Below, one piece after another: positions 1-15,000 of a stretch of 64,000 nt of DNA (position 1 is the stretch's first letter; the number at the start of each line of letters is the position of its first letter). The notes below the pieces were generated by a model. That model worked only from the letters and a program-made list of their open reading frames with translations, did not search any database and had not been told where the DNA came from. This stretch comes from Candidatus Marinacidobacterium sp. (GTDB taxonomy: Bacteria > Acidobacteriota > Vicinamibacteria > Marinacidobacterales > Marinacidobacteraceae): NCBI GenBank assembly GCA_965220965.1, contig OZ244852.1, positions 1,216,001 to 1,280,000 on the forward strand, read 5' to 3'. The translations under genes were made by a program, and so were the position numbers.

Positions 1-1
1 C

Positions 2-3000
2 TTCGAGGTGCGGGCGGTGAACGCCGGGGGCAACGGTGCGGCCGCCCAGGTGACGGCGACCCCGAACCCGCCGCTGCCCGAGGCGCCGGGTCTCACGGCG
101 ACGCCGGACGACACGAAGGTGACGCTGAACTGGACGGCGCCGACGAACACGACGAACATCGACAAGTACCAGTTCCAGTACCGGACGAGCCCGAGCGGGG
201 CGTGGGTCACCTGGGCGGACGTGGCGGGCGGCGGGACGGCGTCGAGCCAGGAGGTGACCGGGCTGACGAACGGGACCGCCTACGACTTCGAGGTGCGGGC
301 GGTGAACGCCGGGGGCAACGGGGCGGCCGCCCAGGTGACCGCGACCCCGAACCCGCCGCTGCCCGAGGCGCCGGGTCTCACGGCGACGCCGGACGACACG
401 AAGGTGACGCTGAACTGGACGGCGCCGACGAACACGACGAACATCGACAAGTATCAGTTCCAGTACCGGACGAGCCCGAGCGGGGCGTGGGTCACCTGGG
501 CGGACGTGGCTGGCGGCGGGACGGCGTCGAGCCAGGAGGTGACCGGGCTGACGAACGGGACCGCCTACGACTTCGAGGTGCGGGCGGTGAACGCCGGGGG
601 CAACGGGGCGGCCGCGCAGGTGACCGCGACCCCGAACCCGCCGCTGCCCGAGGCGCCGGGTCTCACGGCGACGCCGGACGACACGAAGGTGACGCTGAAC
701 TGGACGGCGCCGACGAACACGACGAACATCGACAAGTACCAGTTCCAGTACCGGACGAGCCCGAGCGGAGCATGGGTCACCTGGGCGGACGTGGCGGGCG
801 GCGGGACGGCGTCGAGCCAGGAGGTGACCGGACTGACGAACGGGACCGCCTACGACTTCGAGGTCCGGGCGGTGAATGCCGGGGGCAACGGTGCGGCCGC
901 CCAGGTGACGGCGACGCCGAACCCGCCGCTGCCCGAGGCGCCGGGTCTGAGCGCGACGCCGGACGACACGAAGGTGACGCTGAACTGGACGGCGCCGACG
1001 AACACGACGAACATCGACAAGTACCAGTTCCAGTACCGGACGAGCCCGAGCGGGGCGTGGGTCACCTGGGCGGACGTGGCTGGCGGCGGAACGGCGTCCA
1101 CCCAGGAGGTCACCGGGCTGACGAACGGGACCGCCTACGACTTCGAGGTGCGGGCGGTGAACAGCGGGGGCAACGGTGCGGCCGCCCAGGTGACGGCGAC
1201 CCCGAACCCGCCGCTGCCCGAGGCGCCGGGTCTGAGCGCGACGCCGGGCGACACGAAGGTGACGCTGAACTGGACGGCGCCGACGAACACGACGAACATC
1301 GACAAGTACCAGTTCCAGTACCGGACGAGCCCGAGCGGGGCGTGGATCACCTGGGCGGACGTGGCTGGCGGCGGGACGGCGTCCACCCAGGAGGTCACCG
1401 GGCTGACGAACGGGACCGCCTACGACTTCGAGGTCCGGGCGGTGAACGCCGGGGGCAACGGTGCGGCCGCGCAGGTGACGGCGACCCCGAACCCGCCGCT
1501 GCCCGAGGCGCCGGGTCTGAGCGCGACGCCGGACGACACGAAGGTGACGCTGAACTGGACGGCGCCGACGAACACGACGAACATCGACAAGTACCAGTTC
1601 CAGTACCGGACGAGCCCGAGCGGGGCGTGGGTCACCTGGGCGGACGTGGCTGGCGGCGGGACGGCGTCGAGCCAGGAGGTGACCGGACTGACGAACGGGA
1701 CCGCCTACGACTTCGAGGTCCGGGCGGTGAACGCCGGGGGCAACGGGGCGGCCGCCCAGGTGACGGCGACCCCGAACCCGCCGCTGCCCGAGGCGCCGGG
1801 TCTCACGGCGACGCCGGACGACACGAAGGTGACGCTGAACTGGACGGCGCCGACGAACACGACGAACATCGACAAGTACCAGTTCCAGTACCGGACGAGC
1901 CCGAGCGGGGCGTGGGTCACCTGGGCGGACGTGGCGGGCGGCGGAACGGCGTCGAGCCAGGAGGTGACCGGACTGACGAACGGGACCGCCTACGACTTCG
2001 AGGTCCGGGCGGTGAACGCCGGGGGCAACGGTGCGGCCGCCCAGGTGACGGCGACCCCGAACCCGCCGCTGCCCGAGGCGCCGGGTCTCACGGCGACGCC
2101 GGACGACACGAAGGTGACGCTGAACTGGACGGCGCCGACGAACACGACGAACATCGACAAGTATCAGTTCCAGTACCGGACGAGCCCGAGCGGAGCATGG
2201 GTCACCTGGGCGGACGTGGCGGGCGGCGGGACGGCGTCCACCCAGGAGGTCACCGGACTGACGAACGGGACGGCCTACGACTTCGAGGTGCGGGCGGTGA
2301 ACGCCGGGGGCAACGGTGCGGCCGCGCAGGTGACGGCGACCCCGAACCCGCCGCTGCCCGAGGCGCCGGGTCTGTCTGCGACGCCGGACGACACGAAGGT
2401 GACGCTGAACTGGACGGCGCCGACGAACACGACGAACATCGACAAGTACCAGTTCCAGTACCGGACGAGCCCGAGCGGGGCGTGGGTCACCTGGGCGGAC
2501 GTGGCTGGCGGCGGGACGGCGTCCACCCAGGAGGTCACCGGGCTGACGAACGGGACCGCCTACGACTTCGAGGTCCGGGCGGTGAACAGCGGGGGCAACG
2601 GTGCGGCCGCCCAGGTGACGGCGACCCCGAACCCGCCGCTGCCCGAGGCGCCGGGTCTGTCTGCGACGCCGGACGACACGAAGGTGACGCTGAACTGGAC
2701 GGCGCCGACGAACACGACGAACATCGACAAGTACCAGTTCCAGTACCGGACGAGCCCGAGCGGGGCGTGGGTCACCTGGGCGGACGTGGCGGGCGGCGGG
2801 ACGGCGTCGAGCCAGGAGGTCACCGGACTGACGAACGGGACGGCCTACGACTTCGAGGTCCGGGCGGTGAACGCCGGGGGCAACGGGGCGGCCGCGCAGG
2901 TGACGGCGACCCCGAACCCGCCGCTGCCCGAGGCGCCGGGTCTCACGGCGACGCCGGACGACACGAAGGTGACGCTGAACTGGACGGCGCCGACGAACAC

Positions 3001-6000
3001 GACGAACATCGACAAGTACCAGTTCCAGTACCGGACGAGCCCGAGCGGGGCGTGGGTCACCTGGGCGGACGTGGCTGGCGGCGGAACGGCGTCGAGCCAG
3101 GAAGTGACCGGGCTGACGAACGGGACCGCCTACGACTTCGAGGTGCGGGCGGTGAACGCCGGGGGCAACGGGGCGGCCGCGCAGGTGACGGCGACCCCGA
3201 ACCCGCCGCTGCCCGAGGCGCCGGGTCTCACGGCGACGCCGGACGACACGAAGGTGACGCTGAACTGGACGGCGCCGACGAACACGACGAACATCGACAA
3301 GTACCAGTTCCAGTACCGGACGAGCCCGAGCGGGGCGTGGGTCACCTGGGCGGACGTGGCTGGCGGCGGAACGGCGTCGAGCCAGGAAGTGACCGGGCTG
3401 ACGAACGGGACCGCCTACGACTTCGAGGTGCGGGCGGTGAACAGCGGGGGCAACGGTGCTGCCGCCCAGGTGACGGCGACGCCGAACCCGCCGCTGCCCG
3501 AGGCGCCGGGTCTGAGCGCGACGCCGGACGACACGAAGGTGACGCTGAACTGGACGGCGCCGACGAACACGACGAACATCGACAAGTACCAGTTCCAGTA
3601 CCGGACGAGCCCGAGCGGGGCGTGGGTCACCTGGGCGGACGTGGCTGGCGGCGGGACGGCGTCGAGCCAGGAGGTGACCGGGCTGACGAACGGGACGGCC
3701 TACGACTTCGAGGTGCGGGCGGTGAACGCCGGGGGCAACGGGGCGGCCGCCCAGGTGACGGCGACCCCGAACCCGCCGCTGCCCGAGGCGCCGGGTCTGA
3801 GCGCGACGCCGGACGACACGAAGGTGACGCTGAACTGGACGGCGCCGACGAACACGACGAACATCGACAAGTATCAGTTCCAGTACCGGACGAGCCCGAG
3901 CGGGGCGTGGGTCACCTGGGCGGACGTGGCGGGCGGCGGAACGGCGTCGAGCCAGGAGGTGACCGGGCTGACGAACGGGACGGCCTACGACTTCGAGGTG
4001 CGGGCCGTGAACGCCGGGGGCAACGGTGCGGCCGCCCAGGTGACGGCGACCCCGAACCCGCCGCTGCCCGAGGCGCCGGGTCTCACGGCGACGCCGGACG
4101 ACACGAGGGTGACGCTGAACTGGACGGCGCCGACGAACACGACGAACATCGACAAGTATCAGTTCCAGTACCGGACGAGTCCGAGCGGGGCGTGGGTCAC
4201 CTGGGCGGACGTGGCTGGCGGCGGAACCGCGTCGAGCCAGGAAGTGACCGGGCTGACGAACGGGACGGCCTACGACTTCGAGGTGCGGGCGGTGAACAGC
4301 GGGGGCAACGGTGCGGCCGCCCAGGTGACGGCGACCCCGAACCCGCCGCTGCCCGAGGCGCCGGATCTCACGGCGACGCCGGGCGACACGAAGGTGACGC
4401 TGAACTGGACGGCGCCGACGAACACGACGAACATCGACAAGTACCAGTTCCAGTACCGGACGAGCCCGAGCGGGGCGTGGGTCACCTGGGCGGACGTGGC
4501 GGGCGGCGGGACGGCGTCGAGCCAGGAGGTGACCGGGCTGACGAACGGGACCGCCTACGACTTCGAGGTCCGGGCGGTGAACAGCGGGGGCAACGGTGCG
4601 GCCGCCCAGGTGACGGCGACCCCGATGCTGGCGAACCAGCCGCCGACGGTCGTGGGGACCGGGATCGACGACCAGACCGTCGACGAGGGAGGGGCCACGA
4701 CCGTTGTGGAGCTCGCCGGCGCGTTCAGCGACCCCGAGGGCCAGCCGCTGACGTTCACGGCCGTTTCGAGTGACACCGCGCTGGCGACGGTGGCGGTGAC
4801 CGGTTCGACGCTGACGATCACAGGGGTCGCGTTGGGGACCGCGACGGTCACGGTGACCGCCGCCGATCCGGAAAACCTGTCGGTCACCGACGACTTCACG
4901 GTGACGGTCGAGGCTGTGCTCCCCGAGGCGCCCGGGGACTTCGAAGCGACCCACGGCGACACAAGGGTCACGCTGAGCTGGACGGCCCCCACGAATACGA
5001 GCCAGATCCTCTACTACGAGATGCGCTACGGGATCTGGGAGCCCTTCGAGCCAGGCGCCTGGACGAGGGTTCCCGGCGACGGAGGAGCCACCGGCCTCGA
5101 GGTGACCGGCCTCAGCAACCGCTATCGATACAGGTTCGAAGTCCGGGCGGTCAACGACGCCGGACGCGGCCCCGTCGCCTCGAAGACCGCGCATCCGCTG
5201 CCCTTGCTCCCCGATGCGCCCACCGGCTTCACCGCGGACGCGGGCGACGCCCAGGTCGTGCTGAACTGGACGGTTCCCACGAACACGACCGAAATCGACT
5301 GGATGGAGGTCCGCTACGGGAAGACCTCCGAGGGCCTCGACGGACGAGGCTGGGTCATCCTGCCGGGCAAACCGACCAAGACGACCTATACCGCGACCGG
5401 GCTGGAGAACGGTGAGGAATACACCTTCCACGTCCGGGCAAAGAACTACATCGGGTGGGGTCCCCACGCCTCCACGACCGCCACGCCGGTCCTTTCGGCT
5501 CCCGATGCGCCGACCGGCTTCACCGCGACGCCTGGCGACACCGAGGTCTCGCTGAGCTGGACACCGCCGACGAACACCAGCGAGATCGATGACTTCCAGA
5601 TCCGCTACCGGGAGACCTCGGACACGACGACCGAGGGCCCTTGGACCACTCTCGCGGCCAACGTCACGAGTTACACGGTTATCGGGCTGACGAACGGGAC
5701 GGAATACACGTTCGACGTCCGGGCGCGGAACACGGAGGGGGACAGCGCGCCGGCGACGACGACCGGCATTCCCGCCCTGAACGCGCCCGACGCGCCGGGG
5801 AGCTTCGAAGCAGCGCCGGGCGACACGAAGGTCACGCTGAGCTGGACCATCCCCACGAACACCAGCGAAATCGACAGCTTCCGGGTGCGTTACCGCGAAA
5901 ATGCGGCCCCCCCGAACTCGGGAACCTGGACCACGGTGGATGGAGCGGCGACCAGCTACGAGGTCCCGGGGCTCGCCAACTGGACCTTCTACCGGTTCGA

Positions 6001-9000
6001 GATCCAGGCGGTGAACACCGCCGGGAACAGCCCGATCGCGTGGAAGACCGCGACTCCGGCGGCCCCGACCCCCGACGCTCCCGAGAATCTCGAGGCGCGC
6101 CCGGGAGACACCGTGGTCGTGCTCACCTGGAGCGCGCCGGCGAACACCAACGAGCCCCTCATCTACACCTACCGCTACAAGCAGAGTTCGGCGGCGCAGT
6201 TCGGATCCTGGTTCCCGGTGGGCGGCGTAAACCCCACCGAACGACACGTCGACGGCCTGACGAACGGGATCGAATACACGTTCGAAGTGCGCGGGAGCCA
6301 CTTCGGAGGAGACGGCGCGGCCGCCTCGGTGACCGCAACGCCCACCCTGGCGCTACCCCCGGCGCCCGCGGACCTCCGAGCGACGCCAGGAGACACCCAG
6401 GTCACGCTGAACTGGGCCCGCACCAATGCCTCGACCGAGGTCGACAACTTCGAGGTTCGCCACCGGGGCACGGGCGGCTGGACCGCCTGGACCACCGTCC
6501 CGGGCGGAGAAGACGCCAGAAGCACCACGATCACCGGCCTTACGAACGGAGTCCGGTACTTCTTCGAAGTGCGGTCGGTCAACAGCCGGGGGAACAGCGC
6601 CGCCAACACGGCGTCGGCGATTCCGATTCCGCCGCTTCCCGACGCGCCGGGCAGCCTCACGGCGACGGCGGGCGACTCGAGCGTGTCGCTGAGCTGGACG
6701 ACGCCGGCGAACACGAGCTCGATCGACAAGTACCAGGTCCAGCACCGCACGAGCCCGAACGGGGCGTGGACCACCTGGACCGACGTTGACGGCGGCGGAA
6801 CGGCTTCCAGCCACACGGTCGCCGGGCTGACGAACGGGGTCCCCTACGACTTTGCGGTGCGGGCGGTGAACAGCGAGGGCGAGGGGCCGGCCGCCGAAGT
6901 GCCTGCGACGCCGATGAACCAGCCGCCGACGCTGGACAACCCGATCGCGGACCAGTCGGTCACGGTGGGGGAGACGACGGACGTGGAGCTGGCGAACGTG
7001 TTCAGCGATCCGGGTGGGCAGACGCTGACGCTGACGGCGCTCTCGAGGGACACCGCGCGGGCGACGGTGGTGGTGAACGGGACGACGCTGGAGATCACCG
7101 GGGTTGCGGTGGGGACGCCGACGGTGACGGTGACCGCCGACGATGGAGAGGGCGGCTCGGTCACGGACACGTTCACGGTGACGGTGTCGCCGGTGATCCC
7201 GGCGGCGCCGGGTCTCACGGCGACGCCGGACGACACGAAGGTGACGCTGAACTGGACGGCGCCGACGAACACGACGAACATCGACAAGTACCAGTTCCAG
7301 TACCGGACGAGCCCGAGCGGGGCGTGGGTCACCTGGGCGGACGTGGCGGGCGGCGGGACGGCGTCGAGCCAGGAGGTGACCGGGCTGACGAACGGGACGG
7401 CCTACGACTTCGAGGTCCGGGCGGTGAACGCCGGGGGCAACGGTGCGGCCGCCCAGGTGACGGCGACCCCGAACCCGCCGCTGCCCGAGGCGCCGGGTCT
7501 GTCTGCGACGCCGGACGACACGAAGGTGACGCTGAACTGGACGGCGCCGACGAACACGACGAACATCGACAAGTACCAGTTCCAGTACCGGACGAGCCCG
7601 AGCGGGGCGTGGGTCACCTGGGCGGACGTGGCGGGCGGCGGGACGGCGTCGAGCCAGGAGGTGACCGGGCTGACGAACGGGACGGCCTACGACTTCGAGG
7701 TCCGGGCGGTGAACGCCGGGGGCAACGGGGCGGCCGCCCAGGTGACGGCGACCCCGAACCCGCCGCTGCCCGAGGCGCCGGGTCTGAGCGCGACGCCGGA
7801 CGACACGAAGGTGACGCTGAACTGGACGGCGCCGACGAACACGACGAACATCGACAAGTACCAGTTCCAGTACCGGACGAGCCCGAGCGGGGCGTGGGTC
7901 ACCTGGGCGGACGTGGCGGGCGGCGGAACGGCGTCGAGCCAGGAGGTGACCGGGCTGACGAACGGGACGGCCTACGACTTCGAGGTCCGGGCGGTGAACG
8001 CCGGGGGCAACGGAGCGGCCGCCCAGGTGACGGCGACCCCGAACCCGCCGCTGCCCGAGGCGCCGGGTCTCACGGCGACGCCGGACGACACGAAGGTGAC
8101 GCTGAACTGGACGGCGCCGACGAACACGACGAACATCGACAAGTACCAGTTCCAGTACCGGACGAGCCCGAGCGGGGCGTGGGTCACCTGGGCGGACGTG
8201 GCTGGCGGCGGGACCGCGTCGAGCCAGGAGGTGACCGGGCTGACGAACGGGACGGCCTACGACTTCGAGGTCCGGGCGGTGAACGCCGCGGGCAACGGGA
8301 CGGCCGCCCAGGTGACGGCGACCCCGAACCCGCCGCTGCCCGAGGCGCCGGGTCTGTCTGCGACGCCGGACGACACGAAGGTGACGCTGAACTGGACGGC
8401 GCCGACGAACACGACGAACATCGACAAGTACCAGTTCCAGTACCGGACGAGCCCGAGCGGAGCGTGGATCACCTGGGCGGACGTGGCTGGCGGCGGAACG
8501 GCGTCGAGCCAGGAGGTGACCGGGCTGACGAACGGGACCGCCTACGACTTCGAGGTGCGGGCGGTGAACGCCGGGGGCAACGGGGCGGCCGCCCAGGTGA
8601 CCGCGACGCCGAACCCGCCGCTGCCCGAGGCGCCGGGTCTCACGGCGACGCCGGACGACACGAAGGTGACGCTGAACTGGACGGCGCCGACGAACACGAC
8701 GAACATCGACAAGTACCAGTTCCAGTACCGGACGAGCCCGAGCGGAGCGTGGATCACCTGGGCGGACGTGGCGGGCGGCGGAACGGCGTCGAGCCAGGAG
8801 GTGACCGGGCTGACGAACGGGACCGCCTACGACTTCGAGGTGCGGGCGGTGAACGCCGGGGGCAACGGTGCGGCCGCCCAGGTGACGGCGACGCCGAACC
8901 CGCCGCTGCCCGAGGCGCCGGGTCTCACGGCGACGCCGGACGACACGAAGGTGACGCTGAACTGGACGGCGCCGACGAACACGACGAACATCGACAAGTA

Positions 9001-12000
9001 CCAGTTCCAGTACCGGACGAGCCCGAGCGGGGCGTGGGTCACCTGGGCGGACGTGGCGGGCGGCGGGACGGCGTCCACCCAGGAGGTCACCGGGCTGACG
9101 AACGGGACCGCCTACGACTTCGAGGTCCGGGCGGTGAACAGCGGAGGCAACGGTGCGGCCGCCCAGGTGACGGCGACCCCGAACCCGCCGCTGCCCGAGG
9201 CGCCGGGTCTGAGCGCGACGCCGGACGACACGAAGGTGACACTGAACTGGACGGCGCCGACGAACACGACGAACATCGACAAGTACCAGTTCCAGTACCG
9301 GACGAGCCCGAGCGGGGCGTGGGTCACCTGGGCGGACGTGGCGGGCGGCGGGACCGCGTCGAGCCAGGAGGTGACCGGGCTGACGAACGGGACGGCCTAC
9401 GACTTCGAGGTGCGGGCGGTGAACGCCGGGGGCAACGGTGCGGCCGCCCAGGTGACGGCGACCCCGAACCCGCCGCTGCCCGAGGCGCCGGGTCTGTCGG
9501 CGACGCCGGACGACACGAAGGTGACGCTGAACTGGACGGCGCCGACGAACACGACGAACATCGACAAGTACCAGTTCCAGTACCGGACGAGCCCGAGCGG
9601 GGCGTGGATCACCTGGGCGGACGTGGCGGGCGGCGGGATGGCGTCCACCCAGGAGGTCACCGGGCTGACGAACGGGACGGCCTACGACTTCGAGGTGCGG
9701 GCGGTGAACGCCGGGGGCAACGGTGCGGCCGCGCAGGTGACGGCGACCCCGAACCCGCCGCTGCCCGAGGCGCCGGGTCTGTCGGCGACGCCGGACGACA
9801 CGAAGGTGACGCTGAACTGGACGGCGCCGACGAACACGACGAACATCGACAAGTACCAGTTCCAGTACCGGACGAGCCCGAGCGGGGCGTGGGTCACCTG
9901 GGCGGACGTGGCGGGCGGCGGGACCGCGTCGAGCCAGGAGGTGACCGGACTGACGAACGGGACAGCCTACGACTTCGAGGTGCGGGCGGTGAACAGCGGG
10001 GGCAACGGGGCGGCCGCCCAGGTGACGGCGACCCCGAACCCGCCGCTGCCCGAGGCGCCGGGTCTGTCTGCGACGCCGGACGACACGAAGGTGACGCTGA
10101 ACTGGACGGCGCCGACGAACACGACGAACATCGACAAGTACCAGTTCCAGTACCGGACGAGCCCGAGCGGGGCGTGGGTCACCTGGGCGGACGTGGCTGG
10201 CGGCGGGACCGCGTCGAGCCAGGAGGTCACCGGGCTGACGAACGGGACCGCCTACGACTTCGAGGTCCGGGCGGTGAACAGCGGGGGCAACGGTGCGGCC
10301 GCGCAGGTGACGGCGACCCCGAACCCGCCGCTGCCCGAGGCGCCGGGTCTGTCGGCGACGCCGGACGACACGAAGGTGACGCTGAACTGGACGGCGCCGA
10401 CGAACACGACGAACATCGACAAGTACCAGTTCCAGTACCGGACGAGCCCGAGCGGGGCGTGGGTCACCTGGGCGGACGTGGCGGGCGGCGGGACGGCGTC
10501 GAGCCAGGAGGTGACCGGGCTGACGAACGGGACCGCCTACGACTTCGAGGTGCGGGCGGTGAACGCCGGGGGCAACGGGACGGCCGCCCAGGTGACGGCG
10601 ACCCCGAACCCGCCGCTGCCCGAGGCGCCGGGTCTCACGGCGACGCCGGACGACACGAAGGTGACGCTGAACTGGACGGCGCCGACGAACACGACGAACA
10701 TCGACAAGTACCAGTTCCAGTACCGGACGAGCCCGAGCGGGGCGTGGGTCACCTGGGCGGACGTGGCTGGCGGCGGGACGGCGTCGAGCCAGGAGGTGAC
10801 CGGGCTGACGAACGGGACCGCCTACGACTTCGAGGTCCGGGCGGTGAACGCCGGGGGCAACGGTGCGGCCGCGCAGGTGACGGCGACCCCGAACCCGCCG
10901 CTGCCCGAGGCGCCGGGTCTCACGGCGACGCCGGGCGACACGAAGGTGACGCTGAACTGGACGGCGCCGACGAACACGACGAACATCGACAAGTACCAGT
11001 TCCAGTACCGGACGAGCCCGAGCGGGGCGTGGGTCACCTGGGCGGACGTGGCGGGCGGCGGAACGGCGTCGAGCCAGGAGGTGACCGGGCTGACGAACGG
11101 GACCGCCTACGACTTCGAGGTCCGGGCGGTGAACGCCGGGGGCAATGGTGCGGCCGCCCAGGTGACAGCGACCCCGGCGCTGGCGGTCCCCGGCCAGCCG
11201 CAGAACCTAACCGCCGCCGCGGGGAACGCCCAGGTCACGCTGAACTGGAATGCGCCAACGAACACGACCGAGATCCTCCGCTACGAGGTTCGCTGGCGGG
11301 AGACCCGGGCGAACACCTGGGCGAACTGGACCAATGTGATCGGGGCCACCACAACCACGATCACCGGGCTGAACAACGGAATCGAGCACATCTTCCAGGT
11401 GCGGGCCGTGAACAGCGAAGGGACCGGCCCCCACAACTCGGTGACCGCGACGCCGACCCTGACGAAGCCCGAGGCCCCCGGGGGCCTCACCGCGACGGCC
11501 GGGGACACCGAGGTCACGCTGACCTGGACCGCGCCGACGAACACCAACGAGATCGACGGCTACGAAGTCCGCTACCGGGAGGGCGCGGGGACGTTCGAGG
11601 AATGGGCCACGGTGAACGGCGGCGCCAGCGCCAGGACCACGACGGTCACCGGGCTGACCAACGGAATCGTTCACACCTTCGAGGTGCGCGCGGTCAACGA
11701 AATCCACGATGGCGACGTGGCCTCGACGACGGAGACGCCGACGCTGCCGAAGCCGGACGCGCCGGGGAACTTCAACGCGGCGCCGGGCGACACCGTGGTC
11801 ACGCTGACCTGGACCGCACCCACCAACGCGAGCTCGATCACCGACTTCCAGGTCCGCCACCGGCAGACCTCGGTCACGGCCGACGGCCCCTGGACCATCC
11901 TCGACGCCACGCAGACCAGCTTCACGGTCACCGGGCTGACGAACGGGATCAACTACACCTTCGACATCCAGGCGCGCAACGCCTCCGGGGAGAGCCCGGT

Positions 12001-15000
12001 CGCGACGGACAACGCGACCCCTGCCCTTTCGAGGCCCGACGCGCCGGACCTCACCGCGACGGCGGGCAACGCGACGGTCACCCTGCGCTGGACGCCGCCG
12101 ACGAACACGACCGAGATCACCGGCTACCAGGTTCGCTATGGCCCGAACGGCGCCTTCGGGACGTGGGCCGACGTGAACGGTGGCGCTTCCGCCAGGACCA
12201 CCACAATCGCCCCGCTGACCAACGACACCACTTACACCTTCGAGGTGCGGGCGGTGAACACCGCCGGGAACGGCGACGCGGCGTCCGTCACCGCGAGGCC
12301 GCGCGGCCCGAAGCAGACGACCGCCCCCACGAACCTCCAGGTGACCGCGGCAAGCCAGCGACTCAACACGACGTGGAACTGGTCGGACGACACCGGCGGC
12401 GTCTGCGTGGAGGGGAGCACGCGGGATGAGTACTTCAGGTGGGAGCTGGCCTACAAGAAGTCGAGCGTGACCCAGTGGATCACCGGCAACGACCAGACGA
12501 CGAACACCGCCGATGCCGGGATATTCACCCTGGATGGCATGAGCCTGCGGAGCTTCGTGATCAACGCGATGTCGCAGGGTGTCTTCACCTGGGAGACCGG
12601 GGTCGCGCTGGATCCGGTCCCCTATGACGTGCGGCTGAGCGCCTACGCCCACAGTTGCGCCACCGCCACCGACACGCCCTGGAGTGACTGGATCACGGTC
12701 CTCGGAGTCCCGCCGGTGGGCTCGCCGACGGTCCAGAATCCCCTGGCGGACCAGGCGCTCTTCGTGGGCGATACGACGGATCTGTCGCTCGCCGGCGTGT
12801 TCAGCGATCCGGCGGGCCAGACGCTGAGCCTCGCGGCCACATCGGATGACCCCGACACGGTGAGGGTCTCGCTGACCGGGACGACGCTGACCGTCTCCGG
12901 GGTCGCCGAGGGCGAGGCGACGGTGACCGTCCGGGCGACCGACACGGACGGCCTGTGGGCGGAAGACGAATTCACGGTGACGGTGTCCACCGGGCTGCCC
13001 GACGCGCCCACCGGCCTTGCCGCCACGCCGGGCGACACGACGGTGACGCTGAACTGGACGGCTACGACGGACGCCACCGTCACCGGATTCGAGGTCCGCT
13101 ACCGTGAGACCTTCGGCGGGAGCTTCAGGGACTGGGTTCCGCTGATCGGCGCAAACGTCACCACCTACGAGTTCACCGGGCTCCAGAACCGACGGGATTA
13201 CACGTTCGAGGTCAGCGCCGTCAACGCCCGCGGAAGAGGCCCCGCCGCCTCCATAAGGGCCATTCCGGTCCTCCCCGCTCCCGAGGCGCCCACCGGCTTC
13301 ACCGCGACGGGGGGCGACGCCCAGGTCGCGCTGAGCTGGACGGCGCCGACGAACACCAGCGAGATCGACCGCTTCGAGATCCGCTACCGGACGGCTTCGG
13401 GGACGTTCGGCGAGTGGAGCACGGTTGACGGCGACGAGACCAGCGAGACCGTGACCGGCCTGACGAACGGGACCGCCTACACGTTCGAGCTGCGCGCCGC
13501 CAACGACTCCGGGGAAAGCCCCGCGGTTTCAGCAACCGCGACGCCGAACCTGGTCGCTCCCGAGGCGCCGGGGAACTTCACCGCGACCGCCGGCGTCACC
13601 CGGGTCTCGCTGAGCTGGACCGCGCCGACGAACACCAGCGAGATCGACCGCTACGACATCCGCTACCGGGCTGGCTCGGGCGCATTCGTCCCATGGATTG
13701 ACGTGGGGACGGTGACCCGCCGGGAGATCTCCGGCCTCATCAACGGGACCGTTTACACCTTCGAGCTTCGGGCGGTGAACACCGCGGGGAACAGCCCGAC
13801 GGTTTCCACCACCGCGACGCCGCGCGGCGCGAAGCAGACGACCGCCCCGACGAACCTCCAGGTGACCGCGGCAAGCCAGCAACTGAACGTGACCTGGAAC
13901 TGGTCGGACGACACCGGAGGCGCCTGCGTCGAGGGGAGCGGGAGGACCGAGTACTTCCAGTGGGAGCTGGCTTACAGGAAGTCGAGCGGGACCCAGTGGG
14001 TAACGAGCGCCGCACAGACGCCGAACACGGCGGATGCCGGGATCTTCACCCTCCAGGGGATGAGCCGGCGGAACTTCGAGATCAACACATCGTCGAGCGG
14101 CATCCTCCCCGGGGAGACCGGAGTCGCGCTGGATGCGGTTCCGTATGACGTGCGCCTCATCGCCTACGCCGAGCTGTGCGCGACGCCGCCCGACACGCCC
14201 TGGAGCGAGTGGATCACGGTTTACGGGATCCCGCCCGTGGGGTCGCCGACGGTGGAGAACCCGATCGACGACCAGACCCTCGCGGTGGGAATCACGACGA
14301 ACGTGGAGCTCGCCGGCGTCTTCAGCGATCCGGAGGGCCAGACGCTGAACTTCGGGGCGGTTTCGAGTGACATCGCGAAGGCGAGCGTCTCGCTGAGCGG
14401 GACGACGACGCTGACCGTCACCGGGGTCGCCGTGGGCGAGGCGACGGTGACCGTCACGGCGACCGACACGGGCAACCTGTCGGTGGATGACGCCTTCACC
14501 GTGACGGTGGTTTCCGGCGCGCCGACCCTCGACGCGGCCGCGGGCGACACGAAGGTCTCGCTGACCTGGACGCCGCCGGCGAACACGACCGGCATCTCGA
14601 AGTACCAGTACCGCTACCGCAAGACCGCGGAGGCGACCTGGACCGCCTGGGAAGACGTGAACGGCGGGGCGTCGGCCGCCAGCCAGGAGGTCACCGGGCT
14701 GGACAACGGCGACGAATACACCTTCGAGGTGCGAGCGGTCATCAACGGCCAGAACGGGCTCGCCGCCTCGGCGCCGGCGACGCCCACGCTGCCGACGCCG
14801 GCCGCTCCCGGGAGCTTCGCCGCCGGTGCGGGCGACACGGTGGTCGAGCTGAGCTGGACGGCGCCGACGAACGCAAGCTCGATCACCGACTTCCAGGTCC
14901 GATACTGGAAGACCTCCGAAACGGCCCAGGACAACTGGGCCACGGTGACCGGAGGGGCCGACGCCACGACGACGACGATCACCGGGCTCACGAACGGGAC

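Noticed and set aside
62-11173. Three N-x-T sequons per FN3 unit as evidence of N-glycosylation
   Set aside because: Expected from the Asn/Thr-rich composition; the D/E at -2 required by the bacterial PglB consensus is absent, and no glycosylation genes are in the window.
12302-14255. Diversity-generating retroelement TR/VR pair
   Set aside because: Differences between the copies are not adenine-specific, both copies are in-frame coding, and no reverse transcriptase is in the window.
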